A stretch of 64,000 nt of DNA from Malacoraja senta. Taxonomy: Eukaryota. The notes under the pieces are model-generated. The model saw nothing but the letters and a program-made list of their open reading frames with translations. It was not told where the DNA came from and ran no database searches. Below, in pieces: positions 51,300 to 61,733 of the stretch. Made by a program: the position numbers and the translations under genes. The stretch lies in contig CM075996.1 of the NCBI GenBank assembly GCA_038087875.1, forward strand, positions 8,992,001 through 9,056,000. The letters run 5' to 3'. Each line of letters opens with the position of its first letter. Position 1 is the stretch's first letter.

Positions 51300-52220
51300 C
51301 ACTATCCTACCTACTAGGGATACACCCACTCTCCAACACCCACTATCCTACACCCACTAGGGATACACCCACTCTCCAACACCCACTAGGGATGCACCCA
51401 CTCTCCAACACCCACTAGGGATACACCCACTCTCCAACACCCACTAGGGATACACCCACTAGGGATACACCCACTAGGGATACACCCACTAGGGATACAC
51501 CCACTCTCCAACACCCACTAGGGATACACCCACTAGGGATACACCCACTCTCCAACACCCACTAGGGATACACCCACTCTCCAACACCCACTAGGGATAC
51601 ACCCACTCTCCAACACCCACTCTCCAACACCCACTAGGGATACACCCACTCTCCAACACCCACTAGGGATACACCCACTAGGGATACACCCACTCTCCAA
51701 CACCCACTAGGGATACACCCACTCTCCAACACCCACTAGGGATACACCCACTAGGGATACACCCACTCTCCAACACCCACTAGGGATACACCCACTCTCC
51801 AACACCCACTAGGGATACACCCACTCTCCAACACCCACTAGGGATACACCCACTAGGGATACACCCACTCTCCAACACCCACTAGGGATACACCCACTCT
51901 CCAACACCCACTAGGGATACACCCACTAGGGATACACCCACTCTCCAACACCCACTAGGGATACACCCACTCTCCAACACCCACTAGGGATACACCCACT
52001 AGGGATACACCCACTCTCCAACACCCACTAGGGATACACCCACTAGGGATACACCCACTCTCCTACACCCACTAGGGATACACCCACTATCCTACACCCA
52101 CTAGGGATACACCCACTATCCAACACCTACTAGGGATACACCCACTCTCCAACACCCACTAGGGATACACCCACTATCCTACACCCACTAGGGATACACC
52201 CACTCTCCTACACCCACTAG
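51300..52220. repeat. SINE-derived minisatellite of interspersed cacccactagggata and cacccactctccaa units
   Basis: About 920 bp of 14/15-bp units inside a minus-strand HE1-like SINE (about 51228-52725). Confidence 0.95.
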
Positions 52221-52810
52221 AAGATTTGCAAGGATGTTGCCTGTGCTCAAGGGCCTGAGCTCTTGCGAGAGGTTGGGCAAGCTAAGACTTTATTCCTTGG
52301 AGCACAGAAGACTAAGGGGTGAACTTATAGAGGCATAAAAAAATAATGAAGGGAATTGACAGTCTTTTACCCAGGGTCGGGCAATCAAGAACCAGAGGAC
52401 ATTGGTTTAAGATGAGAGGAGAAAGCTTCAATAGGAACCTGAGGGGTCATTTATTTTCACTCTGTGGTGTGAGACCAGTGATCCCCGCACATTAACACTA
52501 TCCTACACCCACTAGGGACAATTTACATTTACCAAGCCAGTTAACCTACAAAGATGTACGTCTTTGGAGTGTGGGAGGAAACCGATGATCTCGGAGAAAA
52601 CCCATGCAGGTCACGGGGAGAACGTACAAACTCCGTACAGACAGCACCCGTAGTCGGGATGGAACCCCGGTCTCCGGCGCTGCATTCGCTGCAAGGCAGC
52701 AACTCTACCGCTGCGCCACCGTGACCGCCACAGAGATTGATGGCGAATGCATGGCCGGCTTTGGGAGATGAGTATCTGTGATGCATCTGTTTACTGCTTT
52801 TGCTTACAAG

Positions 52811-52871
52811 GTTTGGAAGGCACTCTCGGGACGAGGTCTCTATCCTGGCTCCTCCTCCAACAATGTTGCAG
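52811..52871 (+). CDS. FAM20C: FAM20C-like exon 9 equivalent, 61 nt, apparent +1 frameshift
   Basis: aag|G...AG|gtaagt. Reads FGRHSRDEVSILAP, then one extra C (gct cct C ctc), then LQQCC in the shifted frame. The homologous exon is 60 nt. Confidence 0.88.
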
Positions 52872-53137
52872 GTAAGTCTCATGCTCAATCCTCCTGTACA
52901 TTCTCTGCTGAGCAGCAGCAGCTTCTGGACAATAAGGCCCAGAGGGAAGCAGCCACATACCAAGGTTGTCTATACCCAACACAGAGGCATGGCCCAGTGG
53001 CCAAACTCACCATTGCCTGGAGAAAAGGAATAGGTGACAATTCAGGTCGAGACCCTTCTTCAGTCTGAGAGTCAGGGGAGAGCGAGACTAGACACCACTT
53101 CACACCTCTGGTCTCCCTCTCCCCTGACTCTCAGTCT

Positions 53138-53255
53138 TCTTCTGGCATGCACATCCTAAAGTTGAGGACAACTTGTTCTATTTGATCTTATTTGATTGTG
53201 CACGCCAGGTTGATTGCATTCGTCGAAACAGGGAAGGTGGCAATCTCCCCACCCC
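53138..53255 (-). mobile_element. HDV-ribozyme-headed short retroelement, internally deleted copy
   Basis: TSD actctcagtct (53127-53137 and 53256-53266); lacks part of L3/P3'/P1'. Confidence 0.78.
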
Positions 53256-53779
53256 ACTCTCAGTCTGAAGAAGGGTCTTGACCCAAAGTAAGTAAAGTAA
53301 GTAAGTTTATTGGCCAAGTATTCACATACAAGGAATTTGCCTTGGTGCTCCTATTCGTCACCTCTTCCTTTTTTCTCCAGAGATGCTGCCTGACCCGCTG
53401 AGTTACTCCAGCATTTTGTGTCAATCTTCGGTGTAAACCAGCATCTACACTTCCATCCTTCATATTCGCCATTGCCTGCACAATAACCCCCACGATCACG
53501 CCCAGTCAACTACAACTTAGAACAGTACAGCACAGAAATGGGCCCTTCAGCCCACAATGCTTGTGCCAACTTAAACTGACCTCATCTGTACTTGTTCCAT
53601 ATCCCGGCCACTTTTCATGTGCCTATCTAAAAGCCCCTCAAATGCCAATTTCCCCCACTCCACCCTCCTCATGGTCATTGCCCCGATCTTCTCCAGAGAC
53701 CCATCTTGTAACACGACACAGCCCCCCCCCCCTGTCTCTCCACCGCCCCCATGCATCTCCAGTTGCCTCTGCCTCAAAC

Positions 53780-54140
53780 CAAAGATCCTACAGCGGAGCA
53801 AGTAGACCACTCCTGCTAAATGCAATGGGCTGACGTGTAGTACGCAACGGGGCGGAATATGGGCCTTTATTTCATCCATTTCAGTAACGTTGCGGGGGAA
53901 CAGTTTGTGTTAATAAATTATAATTCTGAAGATGAGGAGAAGATTTTTCACAAATAACTTTTATTTTTACGAGGATGTTTCCGTAACCGGCTTCCGTCCC
54001 GCACTAGTATCCTATGGATCTTTGGTGCGGAGACGGAAGCCGGTTACGGAAATGGGGCCGAAAATTACCCATGAATCTGCCCATGACCGTACTACGTCTT
54101 TTTCGTCGAGTGATTGATCTTGCTTGCTATAGGGTCTTTG
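53780..54140. mobile_element. Non-autonomous DNA transposon with 8-bp TSD (P-element-like termini, tentative)
   Basis: CAAAGA...TCTTTG imperfect ~33-bp TIRs; exact TSD cctcaaac (53772-53779 and 54141-54148). Confidence 0.78.
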
Positions 54141-54216
54141 CCTCAAACCTCAGACTGGAGGCAGAAGTGGTTCTACGCCGTGCCGAGTTTCTGTGATGGG
54201 TTTTTTTGTTTCACAG

Positions 54217-54458
54217 GATCCGGAGTAGCACCTTCCTCCGGCTACAGCTTCTGGCCAGCGAGGCCTACAGGCTGAGCGACGTGATGCGGGAGTCGCTGCG
54301 GGCTGACCCGCTCTCCCATCCTGGCCGAGCCTCACCTGGCCGCTCTCAACCGCAGGCTGCTCACTGTCCTCCAGACCACCGCACACTGCATCAAGCAGCA
54401 CGGTGAACAGAGCGTGCTGCAGAACGACATGAAACCTAGGCCAGCGGCTCAGCAGTGA
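54217..54458 (+). CDS. FAM20C: FAM20C-like terminal coding exon, apparent frameshift near 54314-54317
   Basis: Reads [33 protein letters not shown], then after a frame change at ctctcccatc, [46 protein letters not shown] (TGA 54456-54458). Matches the FAM20C C-terminus. Confidence 0.88.
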
Positions 54459-54608
54459 GCAGGGCGATCAGTCCAGGGGTCTGTGCTAGCAGCCCTCGGG
54501 CAAGACGGTCGAAAGCAGCAACCTTTACGTTATAAATGCTCCATATACTCAAGCTTTGTAAAGACCCTGTCAGTCGATTGAGGATGGGCTATGGTTTTTA
54601 CCTGTTTA

Positions 54609-54614
54609 AATAAA
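54609..54614 (+). promoter_or_regulatory. Candidate polyadenylation signal of the plus-strand FAM20C-like gene
   Basis: AATAAA about 150 nt after the stop codon, followed by T/GT-rich sequence. Confidence 0.55.
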
Positions 54615-55116
54615 GGTTTTCTTAGCTGTTTCATCGCCTGATGTGATATTCTTGCAGTAATGTTGCTGAACATGAATACCTGCACTCCATCCACAGCAGA
54701 GAGGAGTCATGAACTACGATCTACCTCATTGGTGATCCTCGGACTTTCCTTGATCGGACTTTGCTGGCTTTACCTTGCACTAAACGTTATTCCCTTATCA
54801 TGTAATCTATACACTGTAAATGGCTCGATTGTAATCATGTATTGTCTTTCCGCTGACTGGATAGCACGCAACAAAAGCCTTTCACTGTACCTCGACACAC
54901 AAGGTGACAATAAACTAAACTGAACTGAACCACATCCCATCTTCGGATTGTTAGACCCTGCCATTTTGGTTCCCATTCCCCTCCCCACACTTCGCTGTTG
55001 CAAGACGGCGTTGTCAACAGCACAGTACTGAGGGAGCGCTGCATTGTGGAGGTTTGAGTAACAGGATGTCAGAATTGCGACATTGTGAGGTAGCTGTGTG
55101 AATAACAACATATCCT

Positions 55117-55996
55117 ATAGGGAGGTTTCACGGCAGTCGGGTCACGACCCCATGACCCGTACTGTTGCTACGCTACGCCAAGTGGATTACACGCGATGAA
55201 CTGCAGGCAGGCACTTACCATTGTTTCCAGTGTAGCGGGCCGGTTAAAACCCGCCGAAATGGTCAATTTTTGCACTGTAAATAATTATGGAAATCAGGAT
55301 AAGCGTGGGAGACATTCAGCCAACTTCAGAATTCAAAAAGTGAGGAGAAATGACGGTAGATTGAAGCGAGAGCTGAAGGGACAACAACAGCCAGAGTGCT
55401 TGGCGAACATTGGCCGTTTGCTCACTGCATTTCATCAACTAAGGCATCATTTGTGTTTTTTCTTGATTCCTTTGGCATCTAAAAAGTTTCAGAAGGGATA
55501 ATCGCCCCTGGTTCTCGTGGGTTTTTACAAACAAAAATAAACCGCCTCTGAAGCAAAATGTACAACCAGATTTACCACTTCTGAGACTTTTTAGATACCA
55601 AAGAAATAAAAACAAAAACAAATAACGCCTTACCGTTAATGAAATGCAGCGAACAAACGCGATAAATCCCGATATTTTCAATTCCGATATCTGCACGGCC
55701 AATGTTCGCCAAGCACTTTAGCTGTTGTTGTCCCTTCAGCTCTCGCTTCTCTTTACCTTCATTTCGCTTCACTTTTGGAATTCTGAAGTTGGGTACATGT
55801 CTCTCACATTTACCCCGACTTCCACAATTTTCTACAGCGAAAACATTCAACATTTTGCCGGTTTTTAACAGGTAGGAAAGTACGCGTTTCTTGTATTAAT
55901 AACATATACCGGAAGTGACGGGTGTCTTCCAGATGGATTGAGCGGCTCCGTGCGTCAAGCACTATGACCCGGTGACCTTTCGTGAAACCCCCCTAT
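55117..55996. mobile_element. Internally deleted DNA transposon retaining two convergent THAP-domain starts (ISL2EU-like, tentative)
   Basis: TIR atagggaggtttcacg / cgtgaaacccccctat. Minus ORF 55572-55853 MLNVFAVENCG...FRIPK...IGRAD...RVCSLHFING and plus ORF MVNFCTVNNYGN...FRIQK are degenerate THAP domains. Confidence 0.75.
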
Positions 55997-56062
55997 TGCA
56001 CTCAGTAGGGCGTTACTGCGAGCGAGCGCATTACATCGTTGGAATTGCAACAATTGAAAAGA

Positions 56063-56481
56063 TACATAGATACATAGAAAATAGGTGCAGGAGTAGGCCA
56101 TTCGGCCCTTCGAGCCATTCAATATGATCATGGCTGATCATCCAACTCAGTATCCCGTACCTGCCTTCTCTCCATACCCCCTGATCCCTTTAGCCACAAG
56201 GGCCACATCTAACTCCCTCTTAAATATAGCCAATGAACTGGCCTCAACTACCCTCTGTGGCAGAGAGTTCCAGAGATTCACCACTCTCTGTGTGAAAAAG
56301 TTTTTCCTCATCTCGGTCTTAAAGGATTTCCCCCTTATCCTTAAGCTGTGACCCCTTGTCCTGGACTTCCCCAACATCGGGAACAATCTTCCTGCATCTA
56401 GCCTGTCCAACCCCATAAGAATTGTGTACGTTTCTATAAGATCCCCTCTCAATCTCCTAAATTCTAGCGAGTATAAGCCAA
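56063..56481 (-). mobile_element. HER1/CR1 LINE 3' end, young
   Basis: ORF 56147-56575 nearly identical to the 31758 copy. Confidence 0.9.
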
Positions 56482-56561
56482 GATGATCAATGAGACTGTG
56501 TGAGATGCCAGCAGCAGTGGAATTGTATTCTGTCACAATCTGTAATCTCCTGGATCTGTAG

Positions 56562-56835
56562 AGGGCCTGTCCCACTTACGCGATTTTTTGACGGCGCCTG
56601 TCATAGTCACAGTGGCGACCCCCAGAAAGAAATGACAGCTCTTTGGGCGACTACTCACGACCATACATGCGTCACCCCGCGACATGTCGATACGTGATGC
56701 CTGCATGGTTGTGAGTCGTCGCCCAAAGAGTCGTATCTTTTTCTGGTCGGCGCTGGATTTTCAACATGTTGAAAACGTTCAGCGGCCTGCTGCGACTGGA
56801 CGGGTGCCGGCAGTCGCCGAACAAATCGCGTAAGT
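56562..56835. mobile_element. PIF/Harbinger-type MITE, right end truncated
   Basis: agggcctgtcccacttacgcgattt...aaatcgcgtaagtg. Confidence 0.72.
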
Positions 56836-58513
56836 GCTTTTTTTTTATGGGATTACTCCTGACTCAATAGTGGAAAGGCACAACTATGTGCTAATATGAA
56901 GCTGCAGAATAAGACTAGGTACATGCTAAGAACATAGGGGAGGCCATTTAAGACTTAAAGGGGAGGCCATTTAAGACTGAGGTGAGAAAAAAAAAATTCA
57001 CCCAGAGAGTTGTGAATTTGTGTAATTCCCTGCCACAGAGGGCAGTGGAGGCCAAATCACTGGATGGATTTAAGAGAGTTAGATAGATCTCTAGGGGCTA
57101 GTGGAGTCAAGGGATATGGGGAGAAGGCAGGCATGGGTTATTGATTGGGGATGATCATAATGAATGGCGGTGCTGCTTGAAGGGCCGAATGGCTCCCCCT
57201 GCACCTATTTTCTATGTTTCTATGTATCTAACATGAACACAAATGAAGCCTCTAAAGCCACCTTCATCATCAGTGGGTTCATGACTGATCTTCCCCAGGC
57301 CTCAACTCCTCTTTATATAGCCCTCAAATCCCTGACTATATTCAAAACTCTACTTCCTTGTTAAGTATATTAGGCATTGGATTATTATTGCCACTTGCCT
57401 CAAAGTACATTGTTTTGCGTGCTATCCAATCAAGCCTGCTTCTAAACCCCCAACCATCTTGTAATGAAGTTCAAGGTTCAAGGTTTCAAGGTCACCATCA
57501 GTTTATTGTCACATGTAAGGTACAGTGAAGTTTGAGTTCAACGTGCCAACTAATCCAACTAATCTATACATCGTTGAGCCGCTGAGTTACTCCAGCATTT
57601 TGTCTATCTTTGGTATAAATCAGCATCTGCAGTTCCTTTTCATTACATTAGATCTAATTTATGTTGCTGCCCATAATGGGACAACCCGCTCATTTCAGGA
57701 ATTAGTCTAACGAATTGCTTATAGACTGCCTCCAATGTTAGTATATTCCTATAAGACAAAAACTGTGCATAGTACTTCAGTTGTGCCTCAACAACACTCT
57801 GTAACAATACTTCTGTTTCTAAACCCGAACCTTTGTAATGAAGCTCAACGTGCCATTTGCTAAAGGCAGGAATCATGTTCCCGATGTCGGGGGAGTCCAG
57901 AACCAGGGGCCACAGTTTAAGAATAAGGGGTAAGCCATTTAGAATGGAGACGAGGAAACACTTTTTCACACAGAGAGTGGTGAGTCTGTGGAATTCTCTG
58001 CCTCAGAAGGCAGTGGAGGCCAATTCTATGGATGCTTTCAAGAGAGAGTTGGATTGAGCTCTTAAAGTTAGCGGAGTCAAGGGATATGGGGAGAAGGCAG
58101 GAACGGGGTACTGATTGTGGATCACAGCGAATGGCGGTGCTGGCTCGAAGGGCCGAACAGCCTACTCCTGCACCTATTGTCTATTGTCTATTGCTTTCTA
58201 ACCGCTTGCTGGTTCTGCCTGGTAACTTTTCCAACATGTGTACAAGAACACTGAGATTCCGCGGCATTTTATTCATCTGTAGATTTAGAAACAGAAAGGT
58301 ATTGTTACAATAGTGCAGGGAGTTGTTGAATTGCTAACCCTAACGAATTGCATATAGACTGGCTCCAATATTAGTATATTCTTATAAGATTTAAACCGTG
58401 CATAGTACTTCATGTGTGCCTCAATACCACCCTGCACTGTTGTAACAATGTTTCTAAATCTACAGATGAATAAGATGCAGAGGAATCTCAGTGAGTCTTT
58501 ATTTACACTGTAA

Positions 58514-59153
58514 AGAGCCTGTCCCACTTTCACCAGGTAATTCACGGATTCTCCCGAGTTTTCCCCTTGATTCAAACTCGCAGAATGTTCGTAACGAGTC
58601 CGTAGGAGTCCGTAGGAGTCCGTAGATACATCGTAGCGGCTCGTTATGCCGGCAGTAGCTACTTGTGGCATCAGGTAAGTCGGGACGTTTTTTCCAGCCC
58701 GATAAAAATGTCCACGAGTAAAAAAATGGTCGGGATGCAAGAAATTGCAACTTTTTACTCATAAGGAGGGCATCGGAATAGTTGTGGGAATTCGTAGACA
58801 TACTCGTAGGAGTTCATGAACATAGTCGTGGAAGATCATAGTCGTAGGAGTTCGTAGATTACCACCATCTTGATTTTTTTTTTAGGTCCTTTAAACTCGG
58901 CAGAGGTTTTGAATTAATATAGACAATAGACAATAGACAATAGGTGCAGGAGTAGGCCATTCGGCCCTTCGAGCCAGCACCGCCATTCAATGTGATCATG
59001 GCTGATCATCCTCAATCAGTACCCCGTTCCTGCTTTCTCCCCATATCCCCTGACTCCGCTATCTTTAAGAGCTCTCTCTTGAAAGCATCCAGAGAACCGG
59101 CCTCCACCGCCCTCTGAGGCAGAGAATTAAGTCGTGAAAGTGGGCCAGGCCCT
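58514..59153. mobile_element. PIF/Harbinger-type MITE with a nested HER1/CR1 3' end (about 58918-59123, minus)
   Basis: TIRs gcctgtcccactttcac / gtgaaagtgggccaggc; nested LINE flanked by gaattaa duplication. Confidence 0.82.
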
Positions 59154-59810
59154 TTATTTCTTCCTTCTAATATCCTGGCATTCTCCTGTTACGGATGCTA
59201 GGCTTACTGGTCTGTCGTTCTCCATTTTCTTTCTTCCTCCTTTCTTATACCTTAGCAACCTTCCACTCTGTGGGAATCTGGAACGGCAACATCCAAAGTA
59301 TCTGCTATCTCCACAGACAGCTAGGTCCATGCGCTCTGTGAGAATGGCTGAAAATGGTCTATAGCAAAGACCATGGTAATAGCAACAGCCGGCCGTTGTT
59401 CGATCGACCTACCCACCAGACCAACCAGCCCCTGGATCCAAGCTGTTCTGGTACAGACACAACATTGGCATCTACTCCACAACATGAACAAGTGTCCATT
59501 ATGACCTCAAAGGCTAATTACTGTCAAATAGCTTACTGCTCTCATGAGCAATGGAGCCAAGCAGTACTTACGCACCAATTATCTGCTCAGCCATGTTCCA
59601 TTATGTATTACCAAGTCAAACTGGCTCCAAACCTCATCACAGCTTTGACTCAAACATGGGCAAAAGGCTGAATTCCAGCGGAGAGGTGAGACTGACCATC
59701 CTTGTACATTTGACCAAGCGCAGGATCAGGGAGACTTGGTAAAAGTGTTCAGAAGGAGTCAAGGCAAAAAAAAAACCTACTGGTTTTTAGGGTCATCTTG
59801 ACCTCAGGAC

Positions 59811-59863
59811 GGGGTGGGAGATTGCAACCTTCACGTGGTCCGCCCTGTTTCGACGAATGCAAT
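59811..59863 (+). ncRNA. Minimal HDV-like (CPEB3-type) self-cleaving ribozyme
   Basis: P1 GGGGUGG/CCGCCCU, P2 AUUGCA/UGCAAU, P3 ACC/GGU, L3 UUCACGU, J4/2 CGAA. Confidence 0.82.
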
Positions 59864-59953
59864 CAACCTGGCGTGCACAATCAAATAAGATCAAATAGAA
59901 CAAGTTGTCCTACAACTTTAGGCTGTGCATGTCATACGCAAGAAGAGGAAGAA
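59811..59953 (+). mobile_element. Short retroelement headed by an HDV-like ribozyme with (GAA)n tail, full-length copy
   Basis: 11-bp TSD gacctcaggac (59800-59810 and 59954-59964). The first 53 nt fit the HDV/CPEB3 nested double pseudoknot; 3' end is catacgcaagaagaggaagaa. Confidence 0.85.
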
Positions 59954-60204
59954 GACCTCAGGACAACATGGCAGGAGGTCCATGGGATCCAAACATCTTC
60001 AGGCTGCTACATCAATGACCTTTCCATTATAAGATCAGAAATTAGAACATTTGTTGGAGACTGCCGGATGATTGTGCATGACGCACACCCCAAACAATGG
60101 AGATAATGTCCCTGCAGATCATTCAGTGTATGATCCGGTCCTTGTTGAATGGGGGTAAATCTGTGCACCATCCAGGCCCAGGTCAATGGGGGCAACTATG
60201 TACA

Positions 60205-60790
60205 TATACCAAGGTACAGTGAGAAGCATTTGTTACCAGTCCGCAGAAAGACAAAATATGATTACCATCGAGCCATTTACAGTGTATAGATACATGATAA
60301 GGGAATAACATTTAGTGCAAGGTAAAACCAGCAAGGTCCGATCAAGGATAGTCCGAGGGTCACCAACCAGCACTGCTCTCTGGTTGTGGTGGGATGATTC
60401 AGTTGCCTGATAACAGCTGGGAAGAAACTGTCCCTGAATCTGGAGGTGTGCGTTTTCACACTTATGTACCATTTGCCTGATGGGAGAGGGGAGAAGGAGT
60501 GGCCGGGGTGAGACTCATCCTTGATTATGCTGCTGGCCTTGCCGAGGCAGCGGGAGGTATAAAGGGAGGTTGGTTTGTGTGATGGTCTGGGCTGCGTCCA
60601 CAATTCGCTGCAATTTCTTGCGGTCTTGGATGGAGCTGTACCCAAACCGAGCTGGGATGCATCCCGACAAAATGTTTTCTATGGCGCATCTGTAGAAGTT
60701 GGTGAGAGTTGCGGGGACACGGCAAACTTCCAAAGCCTTCTAAGGAAGTAGAGGCATTGGTGTGCTTTCTTGGTCGTTGCTTCAGTATGA
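60205..60790 (-). mobile_element. Rex1/Babar-type LINE 3' fragment (second family)
   Basis: LTNFYRCAIENILSGCI...DRKKLQRIVDAAQTIT...ASSIIKDESHPGHS; related tails at about 12190-12470, 32300-32500 and 54710-54930. Confidence 0.82.
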
Positions 60791-60799
60791 GATTCACTG

Positions 60800-61098
60800 G
60801 GATCACTGTGCGATTAACACTGTCCCCGTTCACTGAGGGTCAGTCTGTGTGATTAACCCTGTCCCCGTTCACTGAGGGTCAGTCTGTGTGTGACCCTGTC
60901 CCCGGTCACTGAGGGCCAGTCTGTGTGATTAACCCTGTCCCCGTTCACTGAGGGTCAGTCTGTGTGTGACCCTGTCCCCGTTCACTGAGGGCCAGTCTGT
61001 GTGTGACCCTGACCCCAATCACTGAGGGTCAGTCTGTGTGTGACCCTGACCCCAATCACTGAGGGTCAGTCTGTGTGTGACCTGTCCCCAATCACTGA
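60800..61098. repeat. Minisatellite, ~37-39-bp unit (ctgtccccgttcactgagggtcagtctgtgtg...acc), about 8 copies
   Basis: Direct tandem repetition. Confidence 0.92.
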
Positions 61099-61502
61099 CA
61101 ATCAACATTACAACGTGCTCACTATACCAGCAGGTCTGACAGCATACTGTGAGAACAGAGAAAGTGGGGAGGTACAGTGACGCAGCTGGCACAGCACCAG
61201 TGACCCAGGTTCGATCCTGACCTCGGATGTTGTCTATGTGGAGTTTGCACTTCTCATTGTGAACTTTGTGTGTTTCTCCGGGCGCTCGTTTCCTCACAAG
61301 TCCCCAATGACGTGCGGGTTTGTAGGTCAATTGTCTTCTGTAAATTGCCCCCTAGTGTGTAAGGAGTGGATTACATGGACCTAGCGTGAATGGGTGCTCC
61401 ATGGCCGGCAGGGACTCGGTGGGCCGAAGGACCAATTTCCATGCTGTCAATGGCCTTTCTAAATCTAAGTCAATGGCCTTTCATCAAAACTGGAGATAGA
61501 AA

Positions 61503-61733
61503 AGTAGACAAAAATGCTGGAGAAACTCAGCGGGTGATGCAGCATCTATGGAGCGAAGGACAATAGGCAACGTTTCCCTTCTTCAGACTGATGTGAGGGT
61601 GGGGGGGGACGGGAAGAAGAAAGATGAAAGGAAGAGGTGGAGCCAGTGGGCTGAGGGAGAGCTGAGAAGGGGAGGAGAAAGTAGGGACTACCTGAAATTA
61701 GAGGTCAATGTTCATACCGCTGGGGTGCAAACT
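61503..61733 (-). mobile_element. Penelope-like pseudo-LTR fragment
   Basis: Same 3' sequence as the copies at 7606 and 17592. Confidence 0.75.

Noticed and set aside
52811..54325. Programmed or mutually compensating frameshifts
   Set aside because: The two indels do not sum to a multiple of three, a stop occurs between them, and no slippery heptamer is evident.
26704..54458. Assignment to FAM20A or FAM20B
   Set aside because: HYETF, DNGRG, GKP and LQQCC match FAM20C better. The exact paralog (FAM20C versus a fam20c-like copy) cannot be fixed without a phylogeny.
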